Shown one piece after another: positions 25,973-38,729 of a stretch of 64,000 nucleotides of DNA (positions are counted from its first letter, which is position 1; each line of letters opens with the position of its first letter). The stretch is from IMG/VR virus record IMGVR_UViG_3300045391_005020. The stretch is one strand, 5' to 3'. This DNA comes from a virus (Duplodnaviria; Caudoviricetes). The position numbers were made by a program, and so were the translations under genes. The notes below the pieces were generated by a model that was given only the letters and a program-made list of their open reading frames with translations, had not been told where the DNA came from and did not search any database.

Positions 25973-27788
25973 TCAGTACCAATCTGGGAGTGGAGGCAGC
26001 ATCTTGCGAAGTCCGTCGATCGCGGCTTGGCGGGATTTGCCGCTGAAGTAGCAGTCGAAGCCCTGGCTCCCGAAGGCCCAGTTTGCGACCCAGCCATTGT
26101 GGTTCTGCGAGACCGTGATGATCACCGGCTTGCCGTCGTGGCAGATCACGACGCGCTCGTAGGGACCAAATTCATCCTGGACCGGAATGACCTCGAGTTC
26201 ATCGCCGTCATTCATCTGCGTGGACCGCCTGCACGTCGACCAACTGGCCGTCCGTGAACTTCAATCGGAGGTCGACCCAATAGGAATCGACGTACCCGTA
26301 GGCGTTGATGTAGCCGTGGTAGTTCGCATCGCGCTCACCGATCTGGATTGCCCGGATGGCGCCGAACGACGGGAACCTCTGGTTTGGCCGCTCTTCCAGC
26401 GGGACGTCCTCGTACCGATACATCGGCTGGATCAGCCGGCCGGCCTGGTTGACGCTGTATCGAGTGAGTGCGCACTCGAGATCCTTGGTCTGCCAGCCGC
26501 CGCTCGGATATCCGTGCGGAAGCCAGTCCTTGTGGATCTCGATGTCGTCGAACATCCCCACGCTAGATTCCGATCTTGAACATGAACCAAGACAGGAACC
26601 CGATGCCGCTGAACATGGTCAGGACACCGCCGAAGCACAGGTGCTTGAAGTACACCGGATCGTGCCGACCCAGGTAGAAGGCGCTGGCGTAGAATACGGT
26701 CGCGCCAACGACCATCAGGGCGACGCCGATACGCATCGCAGCCATCGGGCTCAAACCCGGGATGCGTGCCAGCATGGCGAAGCGGATGTAGAACCACGCG
26801 TCGAGCGCGAGATTCTTGAGCCAAGAAAGAAACTTCATTGGTTGATGTCCTTGAGTACTTGAAAGAGGGAGCTGAGGATCAGGCAGCAGCAGAGAGCCAG
26901 ACCGCCCACGCACATCGCGACGCCGACCCAGTAGTCGCTGTAGACGACGTTGGTGCCGACGATCGCGCATGCCAAAGACAGAGCCGCGATCGAAAGCTTG
27001 AGCCCGAAGGTGCACTCGTTCACGCGACCCTCGCGAAGGTCATGGAGCGATAGCTCGGGAGAGCGCCGCACCGGCGCAGCAGGGATTCGAGCTCGGCCAT
27101 CGCTCGTTCGGCGGTCTTGGCCTGGCCCACGTAGGCGCGGTCACCGTGCGTGTAGCTGGCGCGCCACGGCGAGACTTCCCACTTCTTCAGGGCGGCCTGC
27201 TTGCTCAGGATCACTCCGAGCCGCTGGGTGCCGTTTTGGATCCAAACGAGTCCGGATTCAGTCTTGGTATTCATGACCGTTTCTCCTCTTCGAATGAGTT
27301 AGCGAACGAACAGACAAGCAGGAAAAGCATCACGAGCGTTCCGATGATCGGGCCGGCGATCGCCGGCGTCTTCCAGGCGTCGAACATCGCAACGGCCCAC
27401 CAGCCGCTCGTGTAGATCGCGGAGACGATCATGAAGAACATGATTCGGATAATCTGACGGGAGTTCATTCTTGGTCTTCTTCCGGATCTTTGGTCTGCTG
27501 CGCGATGTCGCGCATCTCGTGGATGAATTGCAGCATGGAGGTATTGGCGAATCGCCCGCGCACGTCGGGATTCGCGTGTAGGTAACGCGACAGCGCATCG
27601 CCGAGCAGGATCAGTTCAGAACCCTCGCCCTTCATGGTGAGGACGTGTTCGCCCAAATCGGGGCCGGTGTAGTAGTGGCAACCGATCACGCACGCGAAGC
27701 AGCGCGATTCGAGTTCGTCCATCAGGTCCGGTATCGATGCGAGATTGATTTCCATACAGGCCTCAGTTCTGGGCCGCGAAGCGGTCAC
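25973..27788 (-). other. run of small hypothetical and membrane genes
   Basis: Coupled ORFs 25973-26215, 26208-26561, 26563-26838, 27020-27274, 27271-27468, 27465-27788. Confidence 0.5.
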
Positions 27789-28266
27789 GAATTTGTTCGA
27801 AGCTCACCGGCGCGTAGTCCCAGCAGTCGACGCCGACGTCGAGCGACTTGCCAACGCCAGCTACTGAGCCGTGGCTGTGTCCGAAGAGATGCCAGGCGCC
27901 GTGGTGCCGATGCGGCCAGACCTGATGGCTGTAGTGGGACAGCCAAATCGTCTGGTCCTCGACGGTCACGAGGTTCACTTCCTTGATCCAGCCGAACCAA
28001 CCGCCGCGGTGATAGGTGGACTTCCAGCGCTCGTCGTGGTTGCCCAGGATCAGGAACTTGCGGCCGTTCAGGCGGTTCATGACTTCCGTGGGGGCGTAGA
28101 ACGCTACGTCGCCGAGGAAGTACACGTGGTCCGTCTTCCCGACTCGCTCGTTGTGACGCTCGATCAGGGCCTCGTTCATCTGGGTCACCGAGTCGAACGG
28201 ACGGCCGCAATATCCAAGGATGTTGGTGTGGCCGTAGTGCTGATCGGAGGTGAACCAGGTACTCAT
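27763..28266 (-). CDS. metallophosphoesterase
   Basis: TSDQHYGH, LGDV, GNHD, SHY, FGHSHG, DVGVD. Confidence 0.9.
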   Translation of the reverse strand: MSTWFTSDQHYGHTNILGYCGRPFDSVTQMNEALIERHNERVGKTDHVYFLGDVAFYAPTEVMNRLNGRKFLILGNHDERWKSTYHRGGWFGWIKEVNLVTVEDQTIWLSHYSHQVWPHRHHGAWHLFGHSHGSVAGVGKSLDVGVDCWDYAPVSFEQIRDRFAAQN

Positions 28267-28724
28267 TGGGATTGCGGGAGAGTACCTGTTATTTTACCAG
28301 CAGTCAACCGGATTGTACCGATACAGTCCAGTTGATTGTAACGATCTGGCATTCCCTACGCGGGGAAATTGGCCGAGACCAAGCAGGGCTCCAAGCGCCG
28401 ACGCATCTGGATGTCTTTCCACAGCACCGCGGTCAGGAGCAGAATCAGGAGGGCCGCGATCCCGGCGCCCAGGAAGATCACGAGCCAACTGGACATAGGC
28501 ATCCGGGGCTTGTCGGTCACGCCTGGTCCTTCTGGGCCTCGAGGGCAGCTTCGGCCGCAATCAGGCGCTCACAGAGTTCGACCAGCGCCTCGGCCGTCAG
28601 GGCCTTGCGGAGCGGGGTGTAGTCGAGCCCCAGGTTGCTGAACCCTTCCCAGGTGCTCCCTTTGTACATCTGGGAGACCGATCGGCGCCTGGCCAACTTG
28701 GCAAGCTTCAGGATCTTCTCGGGA

Positions 28725-29099
28725 TCAACCATCGTGCTCTGCTGCCGGAATGTCGTACCTGACTACGATCGCGAGTTTTCCCGCCTGCTTCATGGTCTGG
28801 ATCATGTTCTTGGTGCCCTTGGATTCGCCGTCCCAGAAGGCGACCAGAACGTCCGCGTATTGGGCCATCTCGGCGTTCCGGATCGGCCCCGCCCGTAATC
28901 CGTGCTTCTGCCAGTCGGCCGGGAAGCAGCGGGTCGGGATCCGGCTCGCCAGCGCCCAAGCCTCGCCGAGCATGTCAGCGCCCTTCGCGCCGCCGTGCAC
29001 GATCTCGGTGATGTCGAAGTTGGTCCGCACCGTGTCCATGAACTCGGTCAAGAGCCCCATGTCTTCGAAGTACCGGCCGCCGGCGATGATGACCCTCAT
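28725..29099 (-). CDS. DUF2493/YspA SLOG-family protein
   Basis: MRVIIAGGR...HGGAKGAD...AGPIRNAEM...FWDGESKGT. Confidence 0.88.
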   Translation of the reverse strand: MRVIIAGGRYFEDMGLLTEFMDTVRTNFDITEIVHGGAKGADMLGEAWALASRIPTRCFPADWQKHGLRAGPIRNAEMAQYADVLVAFWDGESKGTKNMIQTMKQAGKLAIVVRYDIPAAEHDG

Positions 29100-29431
29100 G
29101 TGGTCGTCCCGTACTTCATGAGCAGGAGACCAACGATCGTGACGGCCAACCCGATCAGCGCAGTTCCAGAGAACCGGATCCCGTAGCACAAAACCGGAAT
29201 CAGAAACGTCGACGCCGTGATGAGGGTGTCCCACCAGAGTCCATAGTAGATCAGCCGACCATTATCGATCGTGGCCCGAGCGAGCAGCACCCAGAGCAGG
29301 TTGCCCACTAGGGCGCAACCGAGACCGGCATAGATGATCCAGGGCTTCGTCTTCAGGGCAGGATTGAACACGAGCCACGAGTAGAGCCCGTAGATCACCA
29401 CTACGCTCAAGAGGAAGCAGAGGATCTTCAC
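29096..29431 (-). CDS. 4-TM small membrane protein (SMR/DMT-like)
   Basis: 111 aa with four hydrophobic helices. Confidence 0.5.
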   Translation of the reverse strand: MKILCFLLSVVVIYGLYSWLVFNPALKTKPWIIYAGLGCALVGNLLWVLLARATIDNGRLIYYGLWWDTLITASTFLIPVLCYGIRFSGTALIGLAVTIVGLLLMKYGTTT

Positions 29432-31078
29432 GCGCCAGCCACGACGCCGCGTTGGCGCATCCGGGTGGTGCCCGTGAAGGCGATTCCGTACTGTTCGGTT
29501 TCGGTCTGGGGCTCCATGTAGAGGTGCGCGACCTGGTAACAGCCCTGGGTGTTCTCCATTGGTTTGATTCCGGTCCCGAGGTACACCATGCCATCGGGAA
29601 TCTGGCCATACTCGCTCACAATGTGAAAGCGCCTGGGAGCGTACTCGCAGTTCATCGAGTCGTATTCATACCAGATCGCGAGACCCGAACCCACGTAGGG
29701 ACCATAGTCGACACGAAGAATCCGCATCTGTTTAGGAAGATCTGGCGACGATGCGAAATCAGTTCCGTTGCCGAATATGTAGTTGCTGATCGACCGACTC
29801 ATTCATTCCCGTTCGTGACGTAGTAGGTTTCGCCTGGCTTCGGGCCGCCACCGCTCGAGACGTTGATCCCAGCGTCGCGGCATGCCTGCTCTGCTTCGCG
29901 CTGCTTCCTGAGCACCATGTCCCAGTAGCCCTCGCGGATTGCTTCGGTCTGCTTTTCGAGCTTCTCATTCATGGCCACCAGAGCGGCCCGGAGCGCTGCG
30001 TTTTCTTTGGACAGTTCGCCGTTCTCGGTTTCGGCTTCACGGAGGCGTTCCTGAACCAGGTCCAGGACGGCCTCGTAATCTTCCGCACTCATGGGCGGAA
30101 GTTCCGGCTCGGAGTCGGTGGTCTCGGGTTCCTGGGTACTTTCGCCGAACAGCGGTTTCCCGTCGGGGCCGACATACATCGGACAATGGGAGGACGTCAC
30201 GACGGTCTCGTAATCGATCTTGGGCGCACCTGGGCAGTTGTGGATCAGGGGCTTCTCGATCGTGCCGCACGAGGCACCGCAGGTTCCGCACGTGACCGGA
30301 AGATGCCCTTGGCCATTCCGGATCGCCTGCTCGCGCCGCTCCTGGTTCCGCATGTCGGTCGCGACGATCTGGAGTTCGTCTGAACCCCACAGCGCAGCCG
30401 AGAGCTTGTCGCCGCAGCCTACGACGCTGACGTAGTCGCCGCCCATCCCGTAGCCGTCGTCGGTCCAGAAGATGTCGTGCCCGAGTTCACGGTCGGGTTT
30501 GAAATGACGCCAGTCGTGGCCGGTCCAGAACGAGATCGTGTCGCCGACCTGGTACACGTCGCCCGCGTACGGATGCTCAGGGAGTGCGTCAGCCCGCCTG
30601 GGCGTCATGTTCGGGTATTGGGCGTAGAAGCCCGAGTGTTGGAAATCTTCAGACATGGTTCACCAGTAGCGATAGATGACGTGGTAGTACTTGGTCACGA
30701 AGTGGAAGATCACGTAGATCAGGAACCCGATGATCGCCAGGTTCAGGATCGAGCCGATCAGGGTGAACGTGCTCGAGAGCACGTTCACGACGGTCCCGGC
30801 CAGTGAGCGTTTCTTCCGCTTTTTCACAGGATCGCCGGCACTTCCGGAATCGCTCCCAACGCGTGGATGTCTTTCCACCGGAACTCAGTCTTGCCGGTGA
30901 GCGGATCGACCACGACCCATTCGGCGTAGCCGCGCTTGATCGCTTCAGTCCGGAGTTGGTTTTCGGTCGCGCTCGGCCGGAGCTGCAGGGCTAAAACGAA
31001 ACCGAGCACCACGCCGATTCCGGCGAACACGAAACCGCTCCAAGCTGGGAGACATCGGTCGTGGGTGTAGTCTGTCAT
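29428..31078 (-). other. hypothetical gene run (29428-29802, 29799-30656, small TM ORFs)
   Basis: Coupled ORFs. Confidence 0.5.
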
Positions 31079-31422
31079 CGGTTGTCGCCTTCGCCGTGCA
31101 TGGTTCCGCGGTCGGTGCGGTCTTGGAGCTTCGCGATGTTGTCTTGCGCGATCCCCGAGAGCTTGAGACCGTAGTCGTCCGCGATCGCGGTGATGTACCA
31201 GAGCGCGTCCCCGAGTTCCTTCGAGAGCGCCACGACGTCGATCGGGTTGCCGTCCCGCCATGACTTCTTGAACTTGCCCAAGACTTCGCCGGCCTCTTCG
31301 CCGAGGCCAACAACGTGCACGACCTTCGCTTCTTGGGTTCGGCCACCGGCGTCGTACGCGAGAGCCCGGTCCTGGTAGTCGTCCAGAGTCATGGGCGTCG
31401 GGTAGTAGGTTTTGCGCGACAT
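31075..31422 (-). CDS. MazG-like NTP pyrophosphohydrolase
   Basis: GLGEEAGEVLGKFKK...KELGDALWY...NIAKL..R..RGTMHGEGDNR. Confidence 0.9.
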   Translation of the reverse strand: MSRKTYYPTPMTLDDYQDRALAYDAGGRTQEAKVVHVVGLGEEAGEVLGKFKKSWRDGNPIDVVALSKELGDALWYITAIADDYGLKLSGIAQDNIAKLQDRTDRGTMHGEGDNR

Positions 31423-31648
31423 CACAGAGTCCTGATCAGGTACCACGCCAGCACCCACAGGATCGCCATGATCCAGGTGCCCTGCGCATCGACACGGAAC
31501 TTGGGATCTTTGCCCAAGCTCGCGAGCGCGTGGAACGCGGTGAGCTTCGCGACGAACTCGCATACGTGGTTGAACGAGTGGACGATCGCGAGGCTGAAGA
31601 CCACGAGAGCGGCAAGAAGATGAAGGACGGCAAATATCATTCTGATTC

Positions 31649-32572
31649 CTATTCGGTGATGATTGGGGCCGCAGGAGCGACTATGGGTGAGTAAGCCATC
31701 CGGAGTCGACGCTCTGCGCCCCGTATTTCGGCTTGATCCATTTGGACCCGGATCTCGGGCGGATTTTCTCTGGCCTGTCTCTCCAGGTGTTCCGCGAGAG
31801 CGGCCTGCTCGGCCGCAGTGTTGGTGGTGCGCAGAGGCATGATCGGACCCGGCGACGTCAGCAGGGCCGTGAGTCGCGCGACCTCTTGGCGCAGCTCCGT
31901 GATCTCAGTCTGCATAGCATCGACGCGGGCGGTGAACTCAGGCGCGAGCCCGATAGCGCCATCGCGGGTTTCGAGCCCGCCGCCAACCCGAAGTTCGTCC
32001 AAGGCGTCCTGAACGTTCGTGGCGTTCCACTCTTCCGTGGTCCTCCAACCGATCTCGCCGGCCGCGTCAGTAGCCAAAAAGCGGTTGGCCGCGTCTTCGG
32101 GCAGCTCCGGAGCTCCGACGTTGGTTATGCGATTCAGGTTGTGGAACGCGCCCGTTGTCCCGTCTATTCCGCCTATCTCCGCTATCCCGGCTATCGGCCT
32201 GAGGTCGAGATCGCCCTCTACCACGAGATTACGCGGCACCGGGAATTGTTGTCCCGGTGCAGGGTTGAAGTACCTGACGTCCAGCGGTTCACCGTGCCGC
32301 AGGATGTACGTTCCTCCTGGCTGTACTTCGACGCCGTCGAGCCTCATGGGCCTGGTCTGTCGGGGAAGCTCCGGACGATGCCGGCCAGGTCCCTGGTTGC
32401 TCCGGGACGAATCAACGGTCGGCGGGATCGCCCTGATCCAGCTCCACGTCTCGCCATCATGCCCGAAGTAATGGCCGTCCATCCGGACGACCTGGTTGGA
32501 CTCGGTCATGGTCGCGGGCAAGTGCATGACCAACGGGGCGGTCACGAATTGGGCTTCAGAGAACTCAGGCAT
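31649..32572 (-). CDS. hypothetical protein with a trimeric-fibre-like segment and coiled coil
   Basis: RITNVGAP..PEDAAN, ATNVQDALDEL. Confidence 0.45.
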   Translation of the reverse strand: MPEFSEAQFVTAPLVMHLPATMTESNQVVRMDGHYFGHDGETWSWIRAIPPTVDSSRSNQGPGRHRPELPRQTRPMRLDGVEVQPGGTYILRHGEPLDVRYFNPAPGQQFPVPRNLVVEGDLDLRPIAGIAEIGGIDGTTGAFHNLNRITNVGAPELPEDAANRFLATDAAGEIGWRTTEEWNATNVQDALDELRVGGGLETRDGAIGLAPEFTARVDAMQTEITELRQEVARLTALLTSPGPIMPLRTTNTAAEQAALAEHLERQARENPPEIRVQMDQAEIRGAERRLRMAYSPIVAPAAPIITE

Positions 32573-35153
32573 CTTCCGGAATTGCTTTCGTGCGGGCTTC
32601 GAAGCCGCAGTTGGGACAGAAGTTCACTTGGGACCCGAACTCGCCATTCTGGACCCACAGGGTTCCATTCGGCTCTTCCTCGCAGTGGGTCACGGCCTGG
32701 CCCCAGTAACCTGGGTGCGCGGGGAAGTTGAGTCGGCAGTAGTGCTGCTCCGCGGGCCAGTTCACTTGTCCGACACCCGCGGACCTTTCTCTTCGTCGTA
32801 GAACTGAGCGGTGTTGGTCGTGGTGACTCGCATCGGCGGCGCCGGCTTCATGTCGATCACGGGGCCATGCGTGGACGGAACGGCGCCACAGCCTTGGCAG
32901 ATTGGGGTCGGTGGGATGACGCCATGCCACACCGACGGGACCGCAACGGCTCCTCCGCAGATGGAGCACGTGCCGATTACGCGGTCGTACATTGCTCTGC
33001 TTTCGCGCGCTCACGATTCCGCGCCACGAGCTCTCTGGTGATTTCCAGGTTGGCTCCGGCGAGCCTCATGTGGTGAAGTAAGACGTCCGATGAACCGGCA
33101 GAGAAGTGCCGGGCCATCCTGAGTGCTTCGATCGCAGCTTCGAGGAAGTGGTCAGCGAGCCTGAGCTCGCCGTCCGTAGGGTAGGATTGGGGCATCCCAA
33201 GACTGTAACAGGCAAGTCACACAGTCAAGGCCATTGTTACGATCCAGCCACGCGGCCAACCACACGCTCAATCGTCGAGCGGCTTGTCCCTAGGCTCCCA
33301 AGTGACCGTGCCCTCGACCAGGATCTTGTCGCGCTCGACATCGATGTTGAAGTGAGCGACGTGGGGTCGGTGATTCGGCGGCCCCTCGTACCACTGATCG
33401 CAGATCCGGAGCCGCATCCCGCCCTTGAAGCTCAAGAGCGAGAAGCACTCTTCCCAGTGGTCGCTCATCCGTTCCAGGGCCTTCCGGGATCGCTCGGGCC
33501 TTTCCGGATCCAGTGGGGCAGCGGAGCGCGAGCGAGTCTGATCAGACTGAGCCGGGTATTCCGGGCGTGCCAGTCCATGCACTGGTACATGTCGCCGTCC
33601 CGGTCGGCATCCGGGTACTGCTTGTGCAGGTAGTCCAGGATCCTGAACGCTTCGGTCCACAAGGCCCGTTCACGGAACTGTTGGCGGATTCGTCTTATCA
33701 GGTTGAACATAGGGTTTGGGCGGCTGGGTTCGCAGGATGAACTTCCACCAGGACCGGAGCTTCCGGATGTCGCTCAGCGCGACTCCCTTGGGGATTTTGA
33801 TACGCCGCACAGCCAGAACTGTATCACAACCTCGGCGTAGGCAAGTCTATTGTAACGATCTGAACTTACGTAAAAACCAATTGAGGAAGCGGGGTCGCCG
33901 GCGCTCGCGATTGAGCCGGTCCAGCTCGGCGAACTCGGCCTCGAGTCTGGCCCGAGCCAGCTCGAGCTCACGGGCGTCTTCCGGGGAGAGGGGGCGGTAC
34001 TTCATGCGATCAGGTATTTCTGACCGGTCGCTACGACGACCCATTGGGTCACCGGGTCGAAGCCGCCGTACCGAACCACATAGACGTAGTCGTCTGGCAT
34101 GATGAGCGTGAACGAGGACTCGCCGGTCACAGGATCTCGGCGGCAAACCCAGCCGTCCATGTCGGGGAATTCGCGTTTGAGTTCGGCCAGGATCTTCTGC
34201 GCGACCTTGGCGTCACGCGTGTCCATATCCTGGTTCTCGCACTGTTTGACCATCGCGTGGAGGCGATCCAGGATGTCGCACGGCGGCGCGTTATGCTGGC
34301 CTTCGGCGGCACCGGCGATCGCGCAGCAGAACACCAGCAGGAAACTAACCAGAGTACGCATCAGGTGTCGAAGATGCGCGCGGTGACGTCGGCGAGATCT
34401 ACTTTGACGCCCAGCTTGGTCTTCTCATCGCGGCCAGCGGCGCCGCAACCGGTGCAGTGAGTTTCGAAGTAGAAAAGTGACGGTGCGTAGACGTTGCCAA
34501 CCCAGTGGTCGTAGTGGCGTCTGTAGTCATTGATCTCGATAGAGCGGTAGGTGGATCTTTGGGTACGCTTGAACGCGGTGCAGCCGCAGAACTGACACTC
34601 CTGCGGGGCGTCGAAATCTATGAGTCGACTTTCCCAGGCAACCAAGTCGCGGTGCATTGCTTGCCGGTAGTTCTCGATTTTCTGTTCGACTGTCTTGGAG
34701 GGCTCGGCGTCTTCGGTCACGGCCTCGATCTTCTGATCGAGTTCGGCCACGAGGGCTTCGCGGAGCTCTGATTCCACCTGTTTCTCGGACTTACTGAATG
34801 GCCACATGGTTAACCTTTCTGGACCGGGTGCCGCTTGCAGCGCTTGCGAGTGCACTGGTACTCGACGCGCGAGGGACCGTAGGCGCCGCCTCGTCCGCCG
34901 AGGTACATGACGGTCTCGCACGGATGCGGTTCACGAATCTTGGTCCACCAGTATTTGGGACGCTTCGGTTTCATGGCTTCTCGTACGTCATGGTGACGCG
35001 CGCCACGGTCACGTCGTCATCGGTGGTGAAATCGGTCTCAAGGGCGCACTGTGCTGATTCTTCGTCATCGTAGAGCACCGTGCTCGGCTCACCGCCGAAC
35101 AGGACAACCCAGCGCTCGACTGTGACCATAACCGGTTTGCGTTTCTTCGGCAT
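32565..35153 (-). other. run of small hypothetical genes, several with CxxC pairs
   Basis: Coupled ORFs downstream of promoter motifs at 33223 and 33839. Confidence 0.45.
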
Positions 35154-35154
35154 C

Positions 35155-36387
35155 TTATCCCTTCACGCACACGACCTGTTTGAGGGTGTGGACGACATCG
35201 ACCAGGTCAGCCTGGGCGGCCATCACGGCGTCGATGTCCTTGTAGGCCGCCGGCGTCTCGTCGATCACGTCGTCATCCTTCCGGCATTCCACACCGGCCG
35301 TAGCGGCAGCGTGGTCAGCTGCGGTGAAGCGACGCTTCGCTTCCGTTCTGCTCATGCGGCGACCGGCGCCGTGGCTGCAGCTGCAGAGCGATTCCTTGTT
35401 ACCCTTGCCGCGCACGATGTAGGAGCGCGCACCCATCGAGCCCGGGATGATTCCGAGATCTCCTTCTCTGGCTCGGACCGCACCCTTGCGGGTGACGAAC
35501 ACGTTCTTGCCGTAGTGGGCCTCGCGGGCGACGTAGTTGTGGTGACAGTTCACGGCTTCTTCGCGGATCTCGAAGAACGGCAGGATGCCCTCGAGGGCGT
35601 AGTGGACGTTCTCGAGCATCAGCTCGCGATTGAGCCGTGCATAGTCCTGGGCCCACATGACCGCGGCCCAGTAGTCGGCGAAGTGCTCCGTCTCCTCCGG
35701 AAAATAAGCGAGGTCCTGGTCCGGGAGATTGATGAAGAAGCGCCGCATGTCCTCTTTGGCCAGTTCGATGAAGTACTGACCGAATCGGTTCCCGACTCCG
35801 CGCGAGCCCGAGTGGAGCATGATCCACACGCGCTGCTCTTCATCGAGGCAGATCTCGATGAAGTGGTTGCCGGTCCCGAGCGTGCCCAGGTGGTTCAGCG
35901 AGTTCCCGCGATCGAGCTTCGGGTGGCGCTCGCACAGCGTCTTGTACCCGGAGGCAAGGTGGTTGTCCCACAAGTACTGGGCACGACCAGATGGATTCCC
36001 GAATGCGCCGCGATCGTTGGGACCGCCGTTGTCGGTGCGGCCGTGCGGGACCGCCTTCTCGATCGCTTCTCTGATGTACCGCAGGTTATCAGGGAGATCC
36101 TTGGCGGTCAGGGTAGTCCGGTTCGCAATCATGCCGCACCCGATGTCGACACCGACTGCGGCCGGGATAATGGCGCCGAGCGTCGGGATCACGGACCCGA
36201 CGGTCGCGCCCATGCCCATGTGGACGTCAGGCATGACGGCCACATGGTTGTGGATGAACGGCATCTTGGCGATGTTCAGCAACTGCTGGCGCGCCGCGTC
36301 CTCGAGCTCGACCCCTTTGGTCCAGCAATAGATCGGAGACCCGTCGGCTTTGATGACGTTGTAGTTCTGTTCGGCTGGCTTGTTCAT
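35155..36387 (-). CDS. rtcB: RNA 2',3'-cyclic phosphate/3'-phosphate--5'-OH ligase RtcB
   Basis: MPDVH, VGVDIGCG, GTLGTGNHFIE, HSGSRG, HHNY, IPGSMG, SHGAGR, DETPAAYK. Confidence 0.97.
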   Translation of the reverse strand: MNKPAEQNYNVIKADGSPIYCWTKGVELEDAARQQLLNIAKMPFIHNHVAVMPDVHMGMGATVGSVIPTLGAIIPAAVGVDIGCGMIANRTTLTAKDLPDNLRYIREAIEKAVPHGRTDNGGPNDRGAFGNPSGRAQYLWDNHLASGYKTLCERHPKLDRGNSLNHLGTLGTGNHFIEICLDEEQRVWIMLHSGSRGVGNRFGQYFIELAKEDMRRFFINLPDQDLAYFPEETEHFADYWAAVMWAQDYARLNRELMLENVHYALEGILPFFEIREEAVNCHHNYVAREAHYGKNVFVTRKGAVRAREGDLGIIPGSMGARSYIVRGKGNKESLCSCSHGAGRRMSRTEAKRRFTAADHAAATAGVECRKDDDVIDETPAAYKDIDAVMAAQADLVDVVHTLKQVVCVKG

Positions 36388-38633
36388 TTCAGAATGTTCT
36401 CCGGCAGGAGGGATTGGATCTGTTCGATCGCGCCTTCGGCGTACGTGACAGAACTGTCTTCGATATGGTGGACCGCGGTCTCGATCACGAGCTTGATCAC
36501 TTGGCGCGCGGTCTTATCTGGGTCCAGCTCGCCGCCCTCGATCAGGAACTCGACCTGGGCCAACAAGTTCGCGGCGTGGCCATTGAATACTGGCTTGGCC
36601 GTGTCGGTGATGCCGGGCGGAATCCAACCCGGGTCCGGGTTGTAGTGGGCAACATCGTAAGCATGGGTGGCCTTGCACATATCGCACTTGCTGCCATCCG
36701 GCAGCGTCCCGGATCCGCCCGAGCACGAGTTCATCCCGCACTTCGGGCAGCGGACCATGTAGCACTCGCACGTCGGGCACCAGGCCCAGCGGAATTCAGC
36801 GTCGGCCACGGCGGTCCTTCGCCTCACCAATGATGGCGATCACGAACCCCAGCACGAACAGTCCGCCCACGATGCAGCCCCAGGTGGGCGAGTGGCGCAT
36901 CAAGACCGCGATCCCGATGGCCGCGAACAGAAGGGGCATTATTTGAGTCCCATCTCGGCGCGGACCCGATCGAACATCTGCTGCATCGATTCCGGCGAGA
37001 GCGGAGGCGGCTCGGAGGTGTCGACCGGCTGGCCCGTCTCGATCTCGACCACACGGGCACCATGCACGTGCTGCCCACAGCGAGGACAGCGACATCCGTG
37101 GTCTCGATCCCACGCGTCGGAATAGTCGCGCTTCACGCCTTCTCCGTCGGCGGCTTCTTGCCGGTCGCCTTAGTCCACATCTCGATCGCGTTCTCTTCGA
37201 ACACGCCCGGCCCATAGAGCTTTCCGTCATCCGGGTCCTCGAGGTACCAACCGGCTTCGTTCGGAAACTTCCAGGTGCCTTTGAGGGCTTCGGTGCAGTA
37301 GTAGAGGTTCATTGTTCAGTCATCCAGGTGACTTGGGAGATGATGCGGCGGAGTCGCTCCATCACGTCTTCGATGGAGTCCTGTGTCCCGTGCTTGTAGA
37401 TGAGTCGCATCTCTTGGTCGAGTTCATGGAGGGCCGCGAACGCGGCGCCGGCGTGAACAGCCTGGAGATGCTCGATGGAGTCGTCTGGAAGGTTGAAGGT
37501 CAGGGTCGCCTGCGGCATCAGACCTCCAGGGTCTTGGGAACGTTGAATTTCGCGCGCTCGTCTGCGCTGTCGAAGATCAGGATACGGCCGCGGATCTTCT
37601 GGACGTAATCCGCAAGCGCGGCTTGCGGATTCGCTCCGGTCCCGAACTCACCCCGGAGGAACGGGTCCTGCGCGTCGTTTTTGAGTGAGCTGTCTTCGAA
37701 CCGCGCCTGCCAGGTTTGGCAAGACGGGCTGAACGTAATGAGCAAGGTCTCGTCGATAACTTCCGCGAACTCGGTTAACTTCATTTCGGGTCCTTCGGCT
37801 CAGTCCAGTCGGCCACGCACGCCATCACGAGCACACCGGCGCAGAAGCCCGCGGCGACCGCGTACCCGCCCGCGTTGGGGAGACATTGGACCGCGTAGTA
37901 ACACAAGAGCCCGGCGAGGCCGAGCCGGAACAGTGAGGTCATCGGTCCTCGCCTTCCATGAGCCGCACGGTCACGACGCACGCGAGGGCGCCGAACACCA
38001 ACCCGAACAGGCTCACACCAGTCAGACGGGTCGCGATGGTTCCAACGGCGGTTCCGACCACGAACGGGATCAGGACGAACCAGATCCGGTTCATCGTTCC
38101 CCGCGTAGGTAAGCGAGGGTGTCGACCAGGAGGGCCACACCGAGACCGGTCAGGATCGCGGCGACCATGGTGGTCCCGTACGTGACGCCGCGGGACAGTG
38201 CCAGGAAGGTAACGCCCGCGCTGGTGACCAGGCCGAGCAAAACAGTCAGGTAGGTGCGCATCCGCACCACTGTACAAATGGCCTTACTGAGTCAACCGGA
38301 TTGTTACGATTCGTCCGGTGGCGTCGGAGTCTTGCGGCGCCTCGAGGTGGTCGGTCTCTTCCACGAGCTGGCGTCGCCGGGCTGGTACCCGCCGGGGTCC
38401 TTCAGGTACCGCTTCGACTCCGGTTCACGCTCGTCGCAGGGCTGAAACCTCGGCGATTTCATGAGCCGATCCGCCGCGGCCTCGATGGTGAGGCCAGACC
38501 GGTAGTAACCAAAGACGTCGATGGGGCTTAGCATGGCTTCGATCTCGACTCGGTCCCGAACGACCCGCCTGGCGACCAGTTCGCCCTTCAGGAAATCGAA
38601 CCACTCAGCGAAGCCGACCTTCTCAGGAACCAT
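36384..38633 (-). other. run of small hypothetical genes (36384-36800, 36939-37136, 37133-37312, 37309-37518, 37518-37784, small TM ORFs, 38304-38633)
   Basis: Coupled ORFs. Confidence 0.5.
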
Positions 38634-38729
38634 AGCGAGCTCATCCTTTGCCGTAAAACGAGGCCCAAACTTATTACGGCTCTGATCGGCGCTAGTTGAT
38701 TCTATGCCCTGTCGAGCTCGCTTGAGTCA

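Noticed and set aside
35080-36645. 521-aa plus-strand ORF (also 31733-32731, 52582-53622, 62662-63684)
   Set aside because: Antisense shadows of rtcB and other better-supported minus-strand genes.
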